A stretch of DNA of 64,000 nt from an uncultured virus (IMG/VR IMGVR_UViG_3300011725_000001) (lineage: Duplodnaviria > Heunggongvirae > Uroviricota > Caudoviricetes). Shown here piece after piece: positions 28,801 through 38,653 of this stretch (positions are counted from its first letter, which is position 1; the number at the start of each line of letters is the position of its first letter). Location: IMG/VR virus record IMGVR_UViG_3300011725_000001, positions 1 through 64,000 of that record. One strand, written 5' to 3'. The position numbers were made by a program, and so were the translations under genes. The notes under the pieces were generated by a model. The model did no database searches and was not told the origin of the DNA. It saw only the letters and a program-made list of their open reading frames with translations.

Positions 28801-29558
28801 TCTCACCGGGCCAGATTGCCACGCGCTCACGTCCTGTCGCTACGTCAGGCGCATCGTTTGGCCGCGCCCGCGTCCGTCCGAACTCTGCCACGTCCGGCAG
28901 TGTTGTTGATGCGGCGAAAGAGCAGGTCATCAACAGGGCTATGGAGGCTGACAGCGCGTCGGCACAGCCTGCAGCAGAAGCCGGATTTTTTGATCGCATG
29001 ATGGGTGGCGCGATGGACGGCGTGAAAGCCGTTGGCTCTGCCGTCATGCCTGCCCTGGGCGACACCTTCAGCCAGACGCTGGGAGGCTTCAGCGGTAACG
29101 ACATGATAAGCGGCGTGCTGGGTCAGGCGGGCATAACCGATCCGGGGATTCTCAGCGCCGTGTCACCGCTCACCAGCAAAGCGGGCGGTTTTCTGGACAG
29201 CGGCATAGAGTCGCTGGCCAGCGCCGGCCAGTCATTTTTTGCAGGCGGCAGCGCATCCCCGGTACGTTCCGCACCGCAGCAGCCGCTGCTGAGTCACCCG
29301 GCACAAATCCCGAACGTCACTGATTTAGGCGCCAGCGGCATGCGTCCGATGATGAAGGGCGACAGCGCCGGTCAGGATTCAGACATGCTCAAAGAGCTGA
29401 AAGCCATGCGCACGCAGCTGGAGGCGCTGCTGGGCGTCACCAAGAAAAAAGGCGAAGAAGCACCGGATAAAGTGGTCAATACCGCGCAGCCGGCGCCGCG
29501 CCAGTCGTCGTCGCTGAGCATCAGCGATCCGGCGCTCAACGAATTACTGAGGGATTAA
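25797..29558 (+). CDS. sit: Tape measure protein with lytic transglycosylase-like domain
   Basis: Ala/Gly-rich, with RNNNFGNL...FAKFNTPEEG...YAPQSENDT muramidase-like domain. Start moved to ATG 25797. Confidence 0.88.
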   Translation: MKNVEEFSQIISAIEHASREELKELAIIRRALLNNAGKIIEKSSKDTGGLTVRRSLSQRTSDRENEKKLPKNDAGNDKKERRKSTNNTNEKINHKNENSGDKKVRSSVKNLRVNVSYNDNAVTLSEFRRNERQKNEKNKQQSGHKNRITRINSGTNLAGSSAPAARDSAAKNSDPQAGGQSNRDANGRFRSRTESGDASAAQQEKNARRAEHKQQQGFYRSLTSMMKSATETNSDAMSSGTDIAGTAAGGPLWMMGKGMYDISAEVGKNVVSLKNFMQGKTEGNAALKIEPPVTHPPVTAAAKQPPAVGKPKSADGYKSAQQAKAVQVTQEQTKILAANDDRIISGLDDVRDEIKKLAHASGGKEGGLLDSLIPGRRKRRSRGRKRGAVTAAAGALETAGDLLPDGKKKPHGEKNRPEPKKKSLLTKAMEALKGGKKAATVAGAGAAAATAATGATVLTSTKAAGEAAAKEGTKAAANTAGKVVAKEGIAVSEKAAAAAAEQTAEKGGLKVAGKVAGKTALKAIPLVGTAIGAGMDAYEGFHDTDGQKKAFGLKENQAVSGRQKGEYTAANVLNMGGLLSGGAGLLAKGASALGMDGAAKALTFNTGDMAKGLDSGLSKVGDVFTSFSTSAVSAYDKLTGTSAEQTKAITDGTEKTVTAINRLGSQLQGGTWGEDGVGAQGKSTADYADVAKNSIGADLNIGGANAKTRSFRNNNFGNLNFVGQEGASLEAKNAKGEARFAKFNTPEEGFRALANQLTSYSEGTSKAAGYKKLNTVEDIIKLYAPQSENDTSNYVDSLSKKLGVKSNQQLDLKDPKVMTQMMRGIATIEGGNPQVTNDFMMNAIGHNENGKWVGGKFSDESLKSVNEARTKQGLAPVAADSLYSAGDKVKVTPGAVAPAAAPVQAASAVVVNAPAAPTGSQVAAAAAKSDKDKPSTGLTDKIKQGASSAWGGVKGLNQWADGKLQGAAESLGVEGLARNRPTSGLSLPAGDSLPAGLQMAALSPGQIATRSRPVATSGASFGRARVRPNSATSGSVVDAAKEQVINRAMEADSASAQPAAEAGFFDRMMGGAMDGVKAVGSAVMPALGDTFSQTLGGFSGNDMISGVLGQAGITDPGILSAVSPLTSKAGGFLDSGIESLASAGQSFFAGGSASPVRSAPQQPLLSHPAQIPNVTDLGASGMRPMMKGDSAGQDSDMLKELKAMRTQLEALLGVTKKKGEEAPDKVVNTAQPAPRQSSSLSISDPALNELLRD

Positions 29559-29561
29559 CGC

Positions 29562-29921
29562 ATGCAAAACGAAATCGACTGCCTGATGCGCGTGGATCAG
29601 GGCGGCGTCGTGCTGAAAGAGGGCGATTCTCAGGCGTGGCTTGCCCGTCTTGAGGAGTGGCTGAGAACCCCGCAGGGCAGCGTCTATGGCCTGCCTGGCT
29701 GGGGGAACACCATGCAGGACTACAAACATGAGCCGGTCGGATCTGAGACCGGCCATTTAACCGAAGTCGCCATAGAAGCGGCGCTGCTGCGCAAGCTGCG
29801 TATCGATCTGCCGGGGCTGGGGCTGCGTGCTATCCGCTGCGCCCCGGAGAACGTTGATACCTGGCAAATCACATTCGTCACATCAAACGGCACGCTGGCC
29901 GTGTCCATGAACAAAAGTTAA
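29562..29921 (+). CDS. pmgA: PmgA (gp25/gpW-like sheath initiator)
   Basis: WLRTPQGSVYGLPGWG motif; synteny. Confidence 0.8.
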   Translation: MQNEIDCLMRVDQGGVVLKEGDSQAWLARLEEWLRTPQGSVYGLPGWGNTMQDYKHEPVGSETGHLTEVAIEAALLRKLRIDLPGLGLRAIRCAPENVDTWQITFVTSNGTLAVSMNKS

Positions 29922-29933
29922 CCGGGGAATATC

Positions 29934-31367
29934 GTGAACATTCAGGCATTACAGGACAAATTTAACGGGCTGCTGCAGAGCAACAGCTGGTGGAGAAAGT
30001 TTACCAATAGTCAGTTCATTCAGATGATGGCCGTGTTTGGCGCGCAGATCATTTATGCCGCGCAGAGCACCGCCGAACGCGGGCTGACTGAGGGCTTTAT
30101 CTCCACGGCAACGAAGCGATCGAGCATTCTGGCCGCAGCTGAAGATCGTAACTACATTGGCCACTTAATCACGCCGTCCTGGGGCAGCGTGAAGATCACC
30201 AATAAAACGGATCAGGACATTCAGCTGCCGATTTATGCAGAATTACTGTCGCTGGCGCAGCTGCCCTACGTCACAACCGACGTGATTTATATCCCCGCAG
30301 GTAAAAGCGTGACTGTGAATGACGTGCGCCAGATGGAGTACGTCAACGTGTCCACCACAATTGAGGCTGAATCGGCGTTTTACACGGTTATGCTGCCGCG
30401 TGACATTACCGAGGAGGCCGTTTCACTCGACGTTTTTGTAACGGAAAACGAGGACAAAACGCAGTGGACAAATAATCCGTTGTTTCGCCTGTCGCGCGGC
30501 TCCAGTAAACATTATGTGATGGTCTATAAGCCGTCCGAACAGCTGGGCGTTCGCTTTGGCGACGGTGCAATCGGCAAAATGCCAACAACCGGCAGCAAAG
30601 TCGATCTGGACGTCTGGTGCAGCCGGGGCGATACCACGCTGACGCAGGGCCAGAAGCTGACGCCGGCGGGCAATATTGCCGATTTGAGCGGCAAAATTGA
30701 GGTAGTGACAACCACGCCAATAACGGGAGGCAGCGGCTTTGAAACGACTGAAGAAACCCGCAACCGGGCGCAGTACTACGTTGCCTATGACGAGCAGGTT
30801 GTGTGGGGCGGTGATTATAAATATTTCCTGAATCGTAAAGTGCCAGGTATGTCGTGGATCAGCGCCTGGGGTGAGCAGGAGCAGGAGAAGTCAACCGGCG
30901 TAAAATCGCTTTCCAACATCAACACGATTTTCTTTTGCGGCCATAAACCAGGTTACACGCAGGCAGAGCTCGAAGAACTGATCATGACCGCCGTCCTGTC
31001 GGTACCCAACGAGCTGAATAAAACCTTCCGCTACGTGCGCACGCAGGAGGAGCCTTTCACGGTAAGCATTAACGCCGTGGCGAAGAAGAACATCATTATT
31101 TCTGATGCGAAAGACGAGGTGCAGAAGCTGCTAGAGGCGCAATTCGGGCGCGACGCGACTACGTTTGGCGACAGCTATCAGAGTGATGTCGCCGCCGGCA
31201 AACAGTTTGCGCAGGTGCAGGTAAAAGACCTGTGGCGCGTCATTGAGGAGCTGGGTCTGTTTATCTCCTATGACGTGCAGACAAACAATCTGAAAACTGC
31301 CGTGCAGCTGAATGACTTTATCTATCTCGACGTTGCTAACTCCACCATTGAAATTAACTATCTCTGA
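29934..31367 (+). CDS. bplA: Baseplate wedge BplA
   Basis: ISTATKRSSI, RFGDG and GGSGFET (T4 gp6/gpJ-like); 477 aa. Confidence 0.88.
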   Translation: MNIQALQDKFNGLLQSNSWWRKFTNSQFIQMMAVFGAQIIYAAQSTAERGLTEGFISTATKRSSILAAAEDRNYIGHLITPSWGSVKITNKTDQDIQLPIYAELLSLAQLPYVTTDVIYIPAGKSVTVNDVRQMEYVNVSTTIEAESAFYTVMLPRDITEEAVSLDVFVTENEDKTQWTNNPLFRLSRGSSKHYVMVYKPSEQLGVRFGDGAIGKMPTTGSKVDLDVWCSRGDTTLTQGQKLTPAGNIADLSGKIEVVTTTPITGGSGFETTEETRNRAQYYVAYDEQVVWGGDYKYFLNRKVPGMSWISAWGEQEQEKSTGVKSLSNINTIFFCGHKPGYTQAELEELIMTAVLSVPNELNKTFRYVRTQEEPFTVSINAVAKKNIIISDAKDEVQKLLEAQFGRDATTFGDSYQSDVAAGKQFAQVQVKDLWRVIEELGLFISYDVQTNNLKTAVQLNDFIYLDVANSTIEINYL

Positions 31368-31376
31368 GGCTGAGGC

Positions 31377-32468
31377 ATGATCAGAAACTGGGTAAAAGAC
31401 CGGCTCACCAAAGAGAAAAGCACGTCAGAGCTGTGGTCGGGTTTTGCAAATATCCTGCAGTCAGTATTTGAGCAGGCGGTAGAGCCGACGCTTGAGCGCA
31501 TAACCAACCGCAAAAGCTATTTCACGATGAACAAAGACGATCTGACGCTGCGCATGAGCGAATATGGCCGCTTTTTCATCGTGGCGGAAACCACGGACAC
31601 CAGCAGGCCGGTGCTGCTGGCGCAGCGCCTGGACGAAGTGCATTTTAAGGGGACCGATAAGCCGATCACGTCAACGTTCTGGCGCGAGTTCGATAACCTG
31701 CCCGTGACCTGGCAACCGCTCTATGCGCCGGTGGATCAGGAGAAAGCGCCTTACGGCTCATTCTTTACCACAAAAGAGGGCGTGGACGTCGCGCAGGAGC
31801 ATTACGGCGAGTTTTTCCTGACGTCGCGCGCGCAAATCTCCGTGGCGCTCAACGAGCTGTACGAGCGCTACGGCTATCAGGAGCAGACGGAGGCGGTGAA
31901 CAAGCTGCTGAGTCAGTTTGACCAGATTATCGAGCCGCTGCTGCCGCTGCACATCGTGTTTGACGGGGTAGCGCTCTTTATCTCGTTTGAAATGACCGCG
32001 GACCGGGATCGCATCCGGCTTATCAGCGCCGGCATCGACTACCAGGCCAAAATGACCTACGCGGATCTTCAGTCGGAGATTAAAAACCTGCACATGGCCA
32101 CACGGCATCAGTATGCGGTCCCTGCCGTGCCGGTGCGGGAGGTGAAGCGGTGCGAGCGCTACGATATGTTTGCGGCGGACGCGTGGTGGAATGACTACCG
32201 GAGCAAACCCGACGCTGCCCCGGCGCCGGTTGTTATTGCCAGCGCTGGCGACGACAGCCGCGCGCGGCTGTTTACAGAGGAGGGCGTGGAGTATATCGCT
32301 ATCCTGAAAAGCGATTATCAGGGCGTTACGATCGCGCGCGACGACGGCAGCAGGGAAACAGTGGCGTTTCCCTTTGATGGCACGCCGGAGTTTATTCTGG
32401 CGCTGCCCGCGGGCGACAGCGGTAGCAGCACGATCACGACACTTTTTTATGAGCAATTCGTCTCATAG
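31377..32468 (+). CDS. Baseplate protein gp16-like
   Basis: Between bplA and R; PLLPLHIVFDG. Confidence 0.75.
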   Translation: MIRNWVKDRLTKEKSTSELWSGFANILQSVFEQAVEPTLERITNRKSYFTMNKDDLTLRMSEYGRFFIVAETTDTSRPVLLAQRLDEVHFKGTDKPITSTFWREFDNLPVTWQPLYAPVDQEKAPYGSFFTTKEGVDVAQEHYGEFFLTSRAQISVALNELYERYGYQEQTEAVNKLLSQFDQIIEPLLPLHIVFDGVALFISFEMTADRDRIRLISAGIDYQAKMTYADLQSEIKNLHMATRHQYAVPAVPVREVKRCERYDMFAADAWWNDYRSKPDAAPAPVVIASAGDDSRARLFTEEGVEYIAILKSDYQGVTIARDDGSRETVAFPFDGTPEFILALPAGDSGSSTITTLFYEQFVS

Positions 32469-32477
32469 TTGACCTGC

Positions 32478-32500
32478 GGATTTTACAAACTCCTTACCCT
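32478..32500 (+). promoter_or_regulatory. Putative late promoter (tail-fibre operon)
   Basis: GGATTTTACAAAC-N4-TACCCT. Confidence 0.65.
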
Positions 32501-32529
32501 CTGGCCTCTTAACTCTGAGAGGCTTTTTT

Positions 32530-32973
32530 ATGGCTGATACTATCTCCGTCAGCAGTAAGCTGTTTAAGGCGAAGCTGCTGGACTACTACTACATCCGACG
32601 CGCTGAATCATCCATCGGCAAGGGTAGCCGCTTCCAGATGGCCAAAGCCTACTGGGGCAAGTCTGCGTTAGTCACCAGCAATCCGACCGGCGGCTGGAAC
32701 ATTGCGGATATTCCTTCCACCTTCAGCAACGCCAACCTGACGGGAAAATTCACGGAAACGCCGCTGATCCTGACCAGCACGGGCGCGGATATCTCTATCT
32801 CTATCCAGCTGAATGACGCTGCGCTGGCCGCTGATAAGTCCTATGACCTGAATACCCTCACGCTGGTGGACGGCGACGGCAACGCCTTTGCCGTGCTCTG
32901 TCTGCAGCAGGACAGCGTATTCCGCGGCAAGGCCTATAACCTGCTGGTTACTATTGAACAGAAAACGGCGTAA
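32530..32973 (+). CDS. Tail fibre adaptor gpR-like
   Basis: 147 aa, LLDYYYIRRAESSIGKG; precedes the fibre gene. Confidence 0.8.
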   Translation: MADTISVSSKLFKAKLLDYYYIRRAESSIGKGSRFQMAKAYWGKSALVTSNPTGGWNIADIPSTFSNANLTGKFTETPLILTSTGADISISIQLNDAALAADKSYDLNTLTLVDGDGNAFAVLCLQQDSVFRGKAYNLLVTIEQKTA

Positions 32974-32978
32974 CGCAC

Positions 32979-35900
32979 ATGACTGAAAACGAAATTACCG
33001 ACGTAGGCGTTATGTCCGGCATTCCTTATGGTACCGCGCCGCTGTCAGCGGATATGCAGTACCTGGAGACCTACACCAGTTCCGCGCTTAACAGGAAGTT
33101 AAAAGGTTTAGTGCGCCCCGGCTTTTACCTGGGCTTCTCGCCGGTTGCCGGGACCGGGCTGAATGTTGTCGTCACCTCAAAAGGGGCGGAGGACGGGCAG
33201 GGCGCCGCCTCCATTGACGTGAACGCGCACCAGATCACGGTACAGCACCTGGCGGATCTCACGCTGCCGGTAGTGGCGGGCAAAACCACCCGCATAGTGC
33301 TGGAGGCGAACTACAAAGTCGGCACTGTGACAGAACAGGTTAACCGCGATTCCGCCGTTAAGGCCGCGCGCGTCTTTGCGCAGGATCTGTCGGTTGCGCT
33401 GGCGCCGAACCAGCTGGAGCTTTGCCGCGTGCTTGTGCCAACCGGCACCACGCAGGTGACGCAGGCAATGATCGTCACGAACTACCGCATCAACCGGCAG
33501 GTAGGTATCACCCTCGACTCCGTGAACGACAGCGACGACGAACTGACCGCCGCTAACCTGAAGGGGCTGAAAATCCTGAAGGCCTTGATCGATAACAACA
33601 TGGTCAGCGCCAACAACGGCTCGGACATTGAGGATAAAGCGCTTTTTCGTCAGAACATCGAGCTCGATCAGGTAACCAATGACAAACAGCTGAAGGCCTC
33701 TGAAAATCTGGGGGATCTGCCGGACGTTCCGGAAGCCCGTAAAAATCTTGGGCTCGGTACCGCCGCGCTGGCGAACGTCCAGCAATCAACGATTGATAAT
33801 ACGGCAGGCGCGCTGATGGCCGTGGGGGCGTTTGGCCTGGGTGCAGCGTCTGCCGTGCTGGACAGCAAAATTACTTCGCTGTCCAACATAGCCGTCACCC
33901 GCCTGAGTGCCTTCTGGACGCTGAGCGGCAGCTTTACGGACGGTCCGGTTGAACTTGGTAAAGCGCCACTGGCGCTGAGCGGGCAGCTGATTAACATGCG
34001 CCGCAGCTATGATGCCGGCGCGTCGCTGGTGCAGCTGCTGGCCGCGCAGAACGGCACGGTGTATATCCGCACCGCAGGCGGCGGTAACGGCTCCTGGGCG
34101 TGGCATGGCCTGACAAGCGGCGCTGATGCAAACGGCTGGCGTAAACAGATGGACACGGCCAGCATGACGCTGACCGATCTGCTGAACCTGGGCGCCGCAA
34201 GGGCGGGCTGGAACAACGACATTACCAGCCTGAACAGCCTGACAGATATCAATACGGCAAAGGTGAGGCTGGCAAAGAATCTGGAGGTTAATTCACAGAT
34301 TCAGGCCGGATTCCGTATCGGTGTGATCCGCTCTGAGCCGTCAACGCCGGTCATGACGTTTGTGCGCACCGATCAGCCTGAAGATACGCCGACGGCGTAT
34401 GACACCGACGTGATGAACATCTTCGGGCGTCTGGCGTCCACGACGACCGATACCTGGGGCGGAAGGGTGCTCGGCAGTATCACTATCACGAACATGACGC
34501 ACGGCGGCGGACAGCTTGCGCTCGATGCGCGCGCGCGTTCCGGCGCGACCACGGCGCGCTTTGCTCTCAACAGCGGCGACGGTACCGCCACGCTGCAGGG
34601 GTCCGGCGGGCTTTCAGTGCTTGGCGGCGGCGGTCTCCGGTCAGATGGCGCAGGCCTGTTTACGGCTGATGAAATCGCGCTGCAGCTGAAGCCTGCAACC
34701 AGAGACAAGGCTTACTACCTGCGCGGGCGTAAGCAGGATAATACGCTGCACTGGTATCTTGGCCAGTCAGTTGATAACACCGATACCGTGACCTGGGGAA
34801 ATTCGGTCCCGAATACGTGGATCAGCCTCTCAGCCGACGGCACGGGCGACACCAACGTCTCGACAATGAAGTTTCGGGGCGGGGCTTCAGTCGCCGGCAG
34901 TCTGACCGTTGCAGCCGGCGCTGACTTTACCGGACCCGTGACCGTGCTGGCGAAAGGCTCAACTGCCATTGGCGATCTTACTAATGCGGCGCTGGTGGTG
35001 AACGGCAGCAACAGCGACGGCAGTCAGGGCATTACCGTTAACAGCTTTTCGCCTGCGCTGGCGCTCGTCGATCGCACTACAAATAACCCGTCATATCGCT
35101 GGCGAACCTCTGGCTCTAATCTGCTGCTGGAAGCGGATAACCGTGATAACGGGAAAACGTGGAGTAAGTATTGCGCGGCCTTTGGTTCTAAAGGTCAGCT
35201 GTCAATTGGCCTGGGAGCTGGCGCGTCCGCTTCACGATTGCTGACGCTGGGTAACGGTACCGCCGGCAACGGTAATCTGACAGGCACCACGCAGCTGATG
35301 GCGATGGCCTATGCGAATATCGGCGCAGACGCGACGACGCGCGCTATAGGCTTTGGTACTGAAATAACGTTCGGTGACGGGCAAACGGAGCATATGCTGG
35401 GTGACGCGGTGGAGTTCTGGGCGAACTCCGGTACCGTTAACAGCACCACGAAAATCAGCAATTTTTCGTCGTTCCGCGCTTACGATAAAGCCAGCACAAA
35501 TATTCTTTCGGCTGTCGCGTTTGACGGACGCCTGAATGCGCGCGATGGCGTAACCCGCTGGAACCTTTGCATGCAGGGTACCGCGCCAAACCTTCTGATG
35601 GGACAGACAGTCGTTGGTGGCACCAGCTATGGCCTGCCTGACAGTGCTTATGCGATGGAAGTCAGGGGGAACCTGAAAAGCGACAGCATCAGTCTTGGCA
35701 AGATTGCCGCAGGGGTATTTACTGGTACTACACCGTCGATAAATATTGGCGATGGCGACAGCGGATTTGTTGGCTCTGCTGATGGCACGATTGACCTTTA
35801 TCTCAACAACGAAAAGTACATCAGCTTTATCAGTCCTGACGGGCCACGGGCTGAAATGAGCATGCAACTGATCAGTTCCGTACCTGACAATTACCGCATT

Positions 35901-36584
35901 GCTTATGGCGATTACGCCTCATTCTTTCGTAACGATGGCACCAGACTTTATCTCATGTTTACGGATAAAGATGATCAAAAAGGTACCTGGAACTCACTGA
36001 GGCCAATGTTCTTCGACCTTGCTACAGGTAATGCGGGTTTTGGTCAACAAGTTGACTTCCGGGGCGATATAAGAATCAACGCGCATACCACTCATGTGAA
36101 AAACGGTGAAAGCATCGTACTCAGGCCAGCGGAGCTCAATCAGGGCTACTGGATGAAAGGAGAAAAATACGATGGCACTAAACACTGGTACTTAGGTCAG
36201 GGGTCAGCCAACTCAGATAACATCGCTTTTACCAACTATATCGGAGATAGCTCTGTATCTCTGCATGATAGCGCTGTTTTTATTGGCGGAACGGGTGGTC
36301 TTTATATCGGGGCAGCACGCGTTCCGCCTGACGGCAACCTGTATGGCACAAAGTGGGGCAACACCTGGCTTTATGACTGGATTATGGCTCGTATGGTTAC
36401 CGCTGTCCGGCTTGGTGCGGTCCGATATGCAACAGCCTGGAAAGGGCCGGGTTTACAAGAGCTGAAGGGCTATGTGTTAACCGCCGCCACGAATGGCAAT
36501 CAGGATGAATACATTGATGGCCTTTATTCCCGTCCGCTTCAGTACTGCATTAAAGGCGGCTGGTATACAGCTACCTCAACATGA
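32979..36584 (+). CDS. Tail fibre protein gpS-like (1201 aa)
   Basis: P1 Sc-like N-terminus (YTSSALNRKLKG), ARKNLGLG, GAFGLG, GDGDSG, C-terminal RPLQY. Confidence 0.92.
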   Translation: MTENEITDVGVMSGIPYGTAPLSADMQYLETYTSSALNRKLKGLVRPGFYLGFSPVAGTGLNVVVTSKGAEDGQGAASIDVNAHQITVQHLADLTLPVVAGKTTRIVLEANYKVGTVTEQVNRDSAVKAARVFAQDLSVALAPNQLELCRVLVPTGTTQVTQAMIVTNYRINRQVGITLDSVNDSDDELTAANLKGLKILKALIDNNMVSANNGSDIEDKALFRQNIELDQVTNDKQLKASENLGDLPDVPEARKNLGLGTAALANVQQSTIDNTAGALMAVGAFGLGAASAVLDSKITSLSNIAVTRLSAFWTLSGSFTDGPVELGKAPLALSGQLINMRRSYDAGASLVQLLAAQNGTVYIRTAGGGNGSWAWHGLTSGADANGWRKQMDTASMTLTDLLNLGAARAGWNNDITSLNSLTDINTAKVRLAKNLEVNSQIQAGFRIGVIRSEPSTPVMTFVRTDQPEDTPTAYDTDVMNIFGRLASTTTDTWGGRVLGSITITNMTHGGGQLALDARARSGATTARFALNSGDGTATLQGSGGLSVLGGGGLRSDGAGLFTADEIALQLKPATRDKAYYLRGRKQDNTLHWYLGQSVDNTDTVTWGNSVPNTWISLSADGTGDTNVSTMKFRGGASVAGSLTVAAGADFTGPVTVLAKGSTAIGDLTNAALVVNGSNSDGSQGITVNSFSPALALVDRTTNNPSYRWRTSGSNLLLEADNRDNGKTWSKYCAAFGSKGQLSIGLGAGASASRLLTLGNGTAGNGNLTGTTQLMAMAYANIGADATTRAIGFGTEITFGDGQTEHMLGDAVEFWANSGTVNSTTKISNFSSFRAYDKASTNILSAVAFDGRLNARDGVTRWNLCMQGTAPNLLMGQTVVGGTSYGLPDSAYAMEVRGNLKSDSISLGKIAAGVFTGTTPSINIGDGDSGFVGSADGTIDLYLNNEKYISFISPDGPRAEMSMQLISSVPDNYRIAYGDYASFFRNDGTRLYLMFTDKDDQKGTWNSLRPMFFDLATGNAGFGQQVDFRGDIRINAHTTHVKNGESIVLRPAELNQGYWMKGEKYDGTKHWYLGQGSANSDNIAFTNYIGDSSVSLHDSAVFIGGTGGLYIGAARVPPDGNLYGTKWGNTWLYDWIMARMVTAVRLGAVRYATAWKGPGLQELKGYVLTAATNGNQDEYIDGLYSRPLQYCIKGGWYTATST

Positions 36585-37174
36585 GAAACTTTATGAAATT
36601 TTCTGAATTTGCAGCTTATATGCCAGAGCTGCCGGTTATTACCGATGAATCTACAGACGAGCAAAAAGAAGAAGCCCATTTTCTGAACACTCTGCTTGAG
36701 CGCAATATTTCCTTCACACGGTGCGCAAATAACGTCTGCTGGTATGAGGCGCAACATCAGTTTGCCGAACACACCATTAAACTCATGGTATGTGCTGACG
36801 ATCGTATCTGGGCGCTGGATAAAGACGCATCAAAACTCTGGCCGGACGGTTATTCCGTTACAGAGGTGGATGAAAGCCTGGTACCTGCTGATATTCAGCC
36901 CAACGGCGAGTGGGCGTATAAAAATGGCGTTATCGCACCACGCGCACTGCTTCAGGAAGAAATCACGGAGCGATTCGATAAACAGCGTGATCGTCTTTTG
37001 AAAGAGGCGCGGGCAGTGATTACTGAATGGCAGGCGGAATTATCACTGGATATCCTGCCTGATCATGAAAAGGTGCTGCTTGTCCGCTGGCTGAGCTATA
37101 TCCGGGCGCTTAAAGGCATGGAACCGGGGCCGGTTGACAGCGCAGCCTGGCCGGAAGTGCCGCCCACCAGCTAA
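36581..37174 (+). CDS. Tail fibre assembly chaperone (gpU/Tfa)
   Basis: DASKLWP, W..YIRALK...WPEVP Tfa motifs. Confidence 0.88.
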   Translation: MRNFMKFSEFAAYMPELPVITDESTDEQKEEAHFLNTLLERNISFTRCANNVCWYEAQHQFAEHTIKLMVCADDRIWALDKDASKLWPDGYSVTEVDESLVPADIQPNGEWAYKNGVIAPRALLQEEITERFDKQRDRLLKEARAVITEWQAELSLDILPDHEKVLLVRWLSYIRALKGMEPGPVDSAAWPEVPPTS

Positions 37175-37181
37175 CCTCCTC

Positions 37182-37212
37182 AAAAAACAGCGCCTCCGGG
37201 CGCTGTTTTTCT
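37182..37212 (+). terminator. Terminator after the fibre operon
   Basis: aaaaaacagcgcc-tccg-ggcgctgttttt. Confidence 0.8.
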
Positions 37213-37220
37213 TTACCTCT

Positions 37221-37243
37221 CTAAATTACAGACTGCTTACCCT
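37221..37243 (+). promoter_or_regulatory. Putative late promoter (lyd-dar operon)
   Basis: CTAAATTACAGAC-N4-TACCCT. Confidence 0.68.
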
Positions 37244-37279
37244 CTCGCCACCTGATAACCAGGTACCAAAGGGGGGTAT

Positions 37280-37597
37280 GTGACCGATGTAGAAAAAATG
37301 CTTGCGGTTTCGCTTCTCCTGTCTCTGCTGAGTGGCACAGGCGTTTTCCTGCTGGGAGTGCGCGAATACCGGATCAAACCGAACGTATTCAACTTTGTCA
37401 CTGAGCTGGTGCTGGCGCTGATTACCGGCCTCACGGCCTACTTTTTTGCGCGGCAGCAGGGACTGGACGAAATCGTGATTTACCTCGCCGTGCTGGTGGC
37501 GAGCAACAACTGGCGTGAACTTTCAACTGTATTCAAAGAACGACTCATTGCGGCAATAAACGGCGTGCTTGGGTCAAAAGGAGGCCACGGCCAATGA
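37280..37597 (+). CDS. lydA: Holin
   Basis: 105 aa, 2-3 TM segments, head of the lydA-lydB-hdf-darA operon. Confidence 0.8.
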   Translation: MTDVEKMLAVSLLLSLLSGTGVFLLGVREYRIKPNVFNFVTELVLALITGLTAYFFARQQGLDEIVIYLAVLVASNNWRELSTVFKERLIAAINGVLGSKGGHGQ

Positions 37598-38049
37598 TTG
37601 ATTATCAGAACCTGTTTATTACGGCGATGGCTGCAGCAATGGTGGCGGATCGCTGCGTATTTGCCCGTAAAAAGGTGGAATTGCTGGGGTGCGGTACCGC
37701 CGTGGTGCGCGATAACGCGCTGGCGTTCCCGGTCCGGCTTAACATCGCCTGCGCCGGCAAGCTGGCGGGCGCAAAAATTGAGTACTGGCTGCGCGACAGC
37801 AACGATCCGACGGTGGTTATTTCCGGCAAGCAGCGCACGCTCGACCTCTCGCCAAAAGGCGTGAGCGAGGAATTTTTGCTGATCGACACGCGTTATCTTG
37901 AGCCGGGTGAATGGCTGCTTACCGTGCGCGTGACGCACGGCAACAGCCGCCTGAACCCGCTTTACCGGATCTTCCCGCTGCAGGACACCATTTCCAGAAA
38001 GTACCAGCTGAGCAAGTCAGAGCAGGGGGTATTCAGTGTCGAATCCTAA
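37594..38049 (+). CDS. lydB: Antiholin
   Basis: 151 aa, NPLYRIFP; synteny. Confidence 0.75.
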   Translation: MIDYQNLFITAMAAAMVADRCVFARKKVELLGCGTAVVRDNALAFPVRLNIACAGKLAGAKIEYWLRDSNDPTVVISGKQRTLDLSPKGVSEEFLLIDTRYLEPGEWLLTVRVTHGNSRLNPLYRIFPLQDTISRKYQLSKSEQGVFSVES

Positions 38050-38653
38050 AGGCTACGTGCTGCTGAATTTTGACGAACTCAACGATAAGGGCCTGGCGAA
38101 GCTGAAGAAGGCGATCGCCACCGGCGGCTATGAGATTGCCAAAGTCACCGCCGCCGGCACCGCGCGCAGGAAAGACGGCGTGCCGACCAAAACTTTCAGC
38201 CTCACCGGCATGGACGAGCAGGTTATGACCGTGCAGGTCAATGACAGCGGCGACATTTCCGGCCTGAAGCTGAACGGGAAAAACGTGCCGTTTACCCACG
38301 TCACCACGATCCCTGAGCTCGGGCGCCAGCTGGCCACGCTATTCAGCAAAGGCTCAACGGCTTTTCAGAAATCCCTGGCGCGCAAGATGGCGCGCGCGGC
38401 TGCCACCAGCGATGACACTGCGCAGCCCAAACGCGGCGTGAAATCCTCGGTGCAGCTGCTGGCCGAAGTGCGCCAGCAGCGTGACGCCTATAAGTCAGGC
38501 ATCGCGGAAACCAAAGCGAAGGTGGAGCAGCTGACGCGCAGCGCGGACGACGCGCAGAAAAATGCGGACAGCCTGCAGACTGAGCTTAATCAGGAGCAGG
38601 CACTGACGCGCCAGCTTAAAGAGCAGATCGCCCAACTGGAGGAGACAGCGTAA
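38036..38653 (+). CDS. hdf: Hdf antirestriction/head protein
   Basis: DarA-N-like domain plus coiled coil; synteny. Confidence 0.8.
   Translation: MSNPKGYVLLNFDELNDKGLAKLKKAIATGGYEIAKVTAAGTARRKDGVPTKTFSLTGMDEQVMTVQVNDSGDISGLKLNGKNVPFTHVTTIPELGRQLATLFSKGSTAFQKSLARKMARAAATSDDTAQPKRGVKSSVQLLAEVRQQRDAYKSGIAETKAKVEQLTRSADDAQKNADSLQTELNQEQALTRQLKEQIAQLEETA

Noticed and set aside
34680..36240. Diversity-generating retroelement TR/VR pair in the tail fibre
   Set aside because: Similarity is mainly at the protein level, differences are not adenine-specific, and there is no reverse transcriptase in the window.
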